This document shows positions 58,391-64,000 of a stretch of 64,000 nucleotides of DNA, in pieces. Below the pieces are notes generated by a model. The model searched no databases. It saw nothing but the letters and a program-made list of their open reading frames with translations, and was not told where the DNA came from. Source of the DNA: Macrostomum hystrix (taxonomy: Eukaryota; Animalia; Platyhelminthes); NCBI GenBank assembly GCA_950097015.1, contig CATNEN010000032.1:558001-622000 (forward strand), written 5' to 3'. The position numbers and the translations under genes were made by a program. Each line of letters opens with the position of its first letter. Positions within the stretch are counted from its first letter, which is position 1.

Positions 58391-58984
58391 GGATTTTAGG
58401 GAATGTGGAATTCGGTAGAAAAGAAACCTAATGTGCAAAAAAATTAAATGATAGAATTTCTAAAAAATTCCTTAAACAAATGCATTGATTTCCTACTTTT
58501 GTTTGAGAAACATGAAGTTGGCAATAATTTGATGGCTTAGCTGGGGTGCCAGTCACAGCATCTTGTGCGCCACCTTTCTTATTCCCACCCACTCCACACA
58601 CTGTGGGACAACAATAGGCTCAGAGTTCACACAGCAATTCGTGTCGCAACTCCGTGGCCTCATTGTTGTGCCTCACAGCAATGTAGGCCCGACTTTCTTT
58701 GTGCCTCTGGTGCTTTTTCAACGATTCAAGATCGTCAGGCAGTCACGTCCCTAACCTCACACCTGACCTCTCCTGTAGTGTCTGACGAAGCGCACGCTAG
58801 GCATGATGTCTGTGTGGTTTATGAAAAAGCGATACCAAATAATGCTGAGTAGATGGTAGGTGACAAATAGCTAGATTGAGTGCCTTCACTTTGGATAATT
58901 TGTGGGATAATTTTGCCACGATTTAGAGGCCGTGTGTCTAGTTTGGCCCCAGACGTGCTATTTGTTAGAGTGGGTGAGACAGGG

Positions 58985-59500
58985 AGAGGGGAGAGGGAGT
59001 GGGAGTGAGGGAGAGGGAGGGACGGAGGGATAGAAGAGAGACGGAGAGAGAGAGACGGAGAGACGGAGAGATGAAGAGAGGGAGAGACGGAGAGATGAAG
59101 AGAGGGAGAGACGGAGAGATGAAGAGAGGGAGAGACGGAGAGATGAAGAGAGGGAGAGACGGAGAGATGAAGAGAGGGAGAGACGGAGAGATGAAGAGAG
59201 GGAGAGACGGAGAGATGAAGAGAGGGAGAGACGGAGAGATGAAGAGAGGGAGAGACGGAGAGATGAAGAGAGGGAGAGACGGAGAGACGGAGAGATGAAG
59301 AGAGGGAGAGACGGAGAGACGGAGAGATGAAGAGGGGAGAGACGGAGAGACGGAGAGATGAAGAGAGGGAGAGACGGAGAGACGGAGAGATGAAGAGAGG
59401 GAGAGACGGAGAGACGGAGACATGAAGAGAGGGAGAGACGGAGAGACGGAGAGATGATGAGAGGGAGAGACGGAGAGACGGAGAGTGGGAGAGTGGGAGA
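58985..59500. repeat. 24-bp polypurine minisatellite (GAGAGACGGAGAGATGAAGAGAGG)
   Basis: Tandem units. Confidence 0.94.
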
Positions 59501-60273
59501 GATTGAGACAGAGTGACGGTGAGAAGTGGAGAGATCGCTAGAGGATGAAACAAAGAACCGATGGAGTTCAGTGGTGGTTGATTCTGACGTTGATCATCTC
59601 CGAGCGATGATTAATCAAAGGTGTGAGGCCTGAAGCGGTTCACAGCAAGTACATGAATACCAAACTAGATCTGGTAAGACCGCCAAGACAGCTTTCAGCA
59701 ACGCCTCCACTTAATTAAGCAATCATCCGCCATAGTAACAAATTGAATCAACCAGCTATTCAATCAATCAATCGCACCATTTGTTTAATTCTTGTTGCTA
59801 GGGCCGATAATAATGCAATGATTTCCAACAGAAAAAGACTAAAAGCAAGCGTGCTAAACAGGCAAAGATTCCTTTTTGATTGTTAAATAATCAGCTGAGT
59901 TTCTGTACTGTCAGAGTTCATAGCCCTGACATTGTCACACTTCCTATTAATTTAGATCTAGAGCGCTATTTAACACCAAGGCTAGTGTTGGACTCTAGTC
60001 CGGACCTCAATTCAGTTGAGTCTATCGACAATAGATAGTGTAGAATATAGTGAGATCCCAGAATATCCTTCCCATTTGGGATTTGGGATGCCAATAGGGC
60101 TACAGTAGCTTCCTCATTCTACCTAAGCCTTCGTCGTGACGCCGGTCACGCAGTCAACGCAATGGGGCCATTGTTTTGAATTATTAATCCTCAACTGTGG
60201 GCATTGCCATTGCGTCAAATTGATGACTGGCTGTGAGAGTGGGAATTAAATATATACTGTATATATAAGTCAC

Positions 60274-62286
60274 TGGGGGGCTGTTGACTGATGGATTGAC
60301 TGGAGTCATTTGTGTCCAGCAGCTTGTCCAGGCGCCCGTTAGAATTCCTACTGAAGGCAAGCGACTCTGATACGCATTCATCTTATAAAGAGCTAGTTTT
60401 TTTAGAAAATAATATTTTGAAATAGCTCTGTGACAACTCTAATTATGAGAAAAAGTGACAGCTGTGGTGAATATTTCTATAATGGAGGTGGAATGGGCTG
60501 AGGTCATTTTAACTGATGGAAATTTAACCGAAACGGGAAAACCCGAATCGGGAAAACCCGAAACTTGAAAACCCGAAACGGGAAAACCCGAAACGGGAAA
60601 ACCCGAAACGGGAAAACCCGAAACGGGAAAACCCAAAACGGGAAAACCCGAAACGGGAAAACCCGAAACGGGAAAACCCGAAACGGGAAAACCCGAAACG
60701 GGAAAACCCGAAACGGGAAAACCCGAAACGGGAAAACCCGAAACGGGAAAACCCGAAACGGGAAAACCCGAAAAAGAATCTGAATTTTTTGAGAAGGGAA
60801 ATATTGGAATGGCGGACCTGTCACACAAGTATTCTGTCTGTTGATTTCTGACTTAATTACTGTTTAAACTATGGCTTTGAGTTTGGTACCCTTGGTGAAA
60901 GATCCCTTCCGCCATGTCTTCAAAGAGAACGATCGGATCAATCTGCCAGCCAGACAAATAACTCGATCAGGTCAAACAGTTCAAACAGGGATTTGGAAGG
61001 GAGATTCAGGCAGTGTTTTGGGGCTGGGAGAAATTTGTTGAAAATTGGGATTTCTATAGCTCAACAGAGACAGGGAACCTGGCGTGAGTGAGTCAGGGGA
61101 TCAGGTTTGAGGGGCGGGTGGGGGTCATGAGTGCGCCTCTTTCATGTCTCACTAAAAAGCTATGAGGTCTGTCTGGTCCAGGAAAATGCATGTTTGCCAA
61201 CGATTTGCCCGGAAGAGGGGATCGCTAAGGGGAGGGGATAAAAATCCCTTCGCACACAAATGTAGAGCGCTCTTTGTAGAACTTTTTTTCTTAAATTATT
61301 CCCTTAACTTGTCACCTAGCATTACCTTTGCTGGTATTTCATCTTTGAGCTCCTCATCCTCGCTGCAACAGCGGGCTGGAGGCCTGGAAAACATATTGAG
61401 TATGCAACAGTGCAGAGGAAACATAATGGGTAGATAGAGAGGAGATCAGGGAGGGGAGATCAAGCAGGGGAGATCAGGGAGGGGAGATCAAGGAGGGGAG
61501 ATCAGATAGGGGAGATCAGAAAGGGGAGATCAAAGATGGGAGATCAAGGAGGGGAGATCAAGGAGGGGAGATCAGAAAGAGGAGATCAAGGATGGGAGAT
61601 CAAGGAGGGGAGATCAAGGAAAGGAGATCAAGGATGGGAGATCAGGAAGTGGAGAATCAGAAAGGGGGGATTAGAGATGGGAGATCAGAGAGGTGAGATC
61701 AGCGAGGTGATATCAGGGAGGGGAGATCAAAGAGGGGAGATCAGGGAGGGGAGATTATGTGTGCATTGTATTGATTGGTGACACATCAGCACGAAATTTG
61801 TACAGGAATGACGAATGTATTTTACCTTGATTTCAAAGTATGAGGTGCTTTTTTGTTCCGGTTTCCACAATTATTCATCAGAGATAGGCTTGTATAGCGC
61901 AGAATCCAATATTTCTGTTACCTCTTACACTCTGTTTGCAAAGTTAAGAAAATAGCCAAATACCCGACAGCCAGCTTGAGTCACTGCTCACTCCTCATCA
62001 GCGCGGGAGAAAAATAACTGTTTTCGTTTCGTGTTTTTTTCACAGTCTTTGTGTCTGAAAGTGTGACCGCATGGACAATTGAATGGACTCGCTGTTATTT
62101 GCCATGAATGAGCTCAGATCGGGAATGTTCGCTTCAGCAAACAAACCTAAAGCGGACTGGAGCTGTGAAATATTTTTGTTTGGGATCATGGAACAGTTCG
62201 TGCCCAATGAGTCAGTCAAGGGGATTAAGGCCTTAGCGATTGAGACAGTTGGCGCCGACCTTGGGGTCCGTTTATTGCCATGGCTT
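60274..62286 (-). CDS. Uncharacterised multi-exon protein-coding gene, partial; probably extends beyond 63.5 kb
   Basis: Candidate exons: about 62070-62286 (SHGNKRTP...NIPDLSSFMANNSESIQLSM), 61326-61383 (PPARCCSEDEELKDEIPAK|GTAATG), 60861-60942 (IDPIVLFEDMAEGIFHQG..), about 60274-60381 (ECVSESLAFSRNSNGRLDKLLD..). Phases are compatible in this order; no family recognised. Confidence 0.45.
60528..60772. repeat. 15-bp minisatellite (ACCCGAAACGGGAAA), about 16 copies
   Basis: Tandem units, each with the inverted repeat CCCG-AAA-CGGG. Confidence 0.95.
61436..61755. repeat. Degenerate about 15-bp purine-rich repeat (GGGGAGATCAAGGA)
   Basis: GAGATCA recurs throughout. Confidence 0.88.
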
Positions 62287-63456
<1,170 letters not shown>

Positions 63457-63809
63457 AGCGGGAAAAGTATAGACTATTTAGTAATTGGAGCCTTGCCTGG
63501 CTAAATAGTTATTATGCCTGGTCGCTGTGGTCAGGCAGTCTGCCATTAAACTGTCCATCAAAGTGTCGATGACGTCACAACACTCTTGACAGACGTTTCC
63601 GCTTGACTAGCTGATCTCGTACCACCCGCTCCATGGTTGCAGATGAATTTCTGTGAGGCTGCAAACTTTGTTTCAAACCAGATCCGAGCCATGAGCTCCC
63701 AGCCAGACACAAAAATCCCTTGCCCTGGGGGAAAAAACGTTTTGGCTTGATTAGCTTTTTTACATCAGAAGTGGCGCTTTGAGTGCGAAATCTGAGTTTT
63801 ATAAACAGG

Positions 63810-63980
63810 AAGTGACCCAGTCTAACAGGGAGTGACCCAGTCTAACAGGGGGTGACCCAGTCTAACAGGGGGTGACCCAGTCTAACAGGGAGTGACCCAG
63901 TCTAACAGGGAGTGACCCAGTCTAACAGGGGGTGACCCAGTCTAACAGGGAGTGACCCAGTCTAACAGGGAGTGACCCAG
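63810..63980. repeat. 20-bp minisatellite (AGTGACCCAGTCTAACAGGG), about 8 copies
   Basis: Tandem units. Confidence 0.94.
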
Positions 63981-64000
63981 TTTGCTTCATAACTTTTCTA

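Overview
Eukaryotic (animal) genomic DNA with spliceosomal introns. GC-rich codon usage, polyQ/polyA tracts and a very high density of unrelated minisatellites resemble the flatworm Macrostomum, but the species is an inference. The left end holds a compact + strand housekeeping cluster (BTF3, SNRPF/SmF, RPL7), interrupted by a 1.5 kb TIR element carrying a FLYWCH zinc-finger ORF. The minus strand carries a multi-exon SRCIN1/KIAA1217-like gene (about 11.1-20.8 kb), a two-exon protein with 8 C2H2 zinc fingers (44.4-50.3 kb) and two poorly resolved chains of small exons (about 25.8-33.0 kb and 60.3-63.6 kb). Mobile DNA also includes tRNA-derived SINEs (two with a CORE-like domain) and a frameshifted Penelope-like RT/GIY-YIG fragment. 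About 25 distinct tandem arrays, many intronic, explain nearly all long repetitive ORFs in the ORF track. Strongest leads: (TYAG)n arrays ending at or next to 3' splice sites; a 30-bp array whose variation falls almost only on third codon positions; an intronic 23-bp satellite of CAG|GT units abutting a SINE. No CRISPR array, rRNA or convincing tRNA gene was seen.
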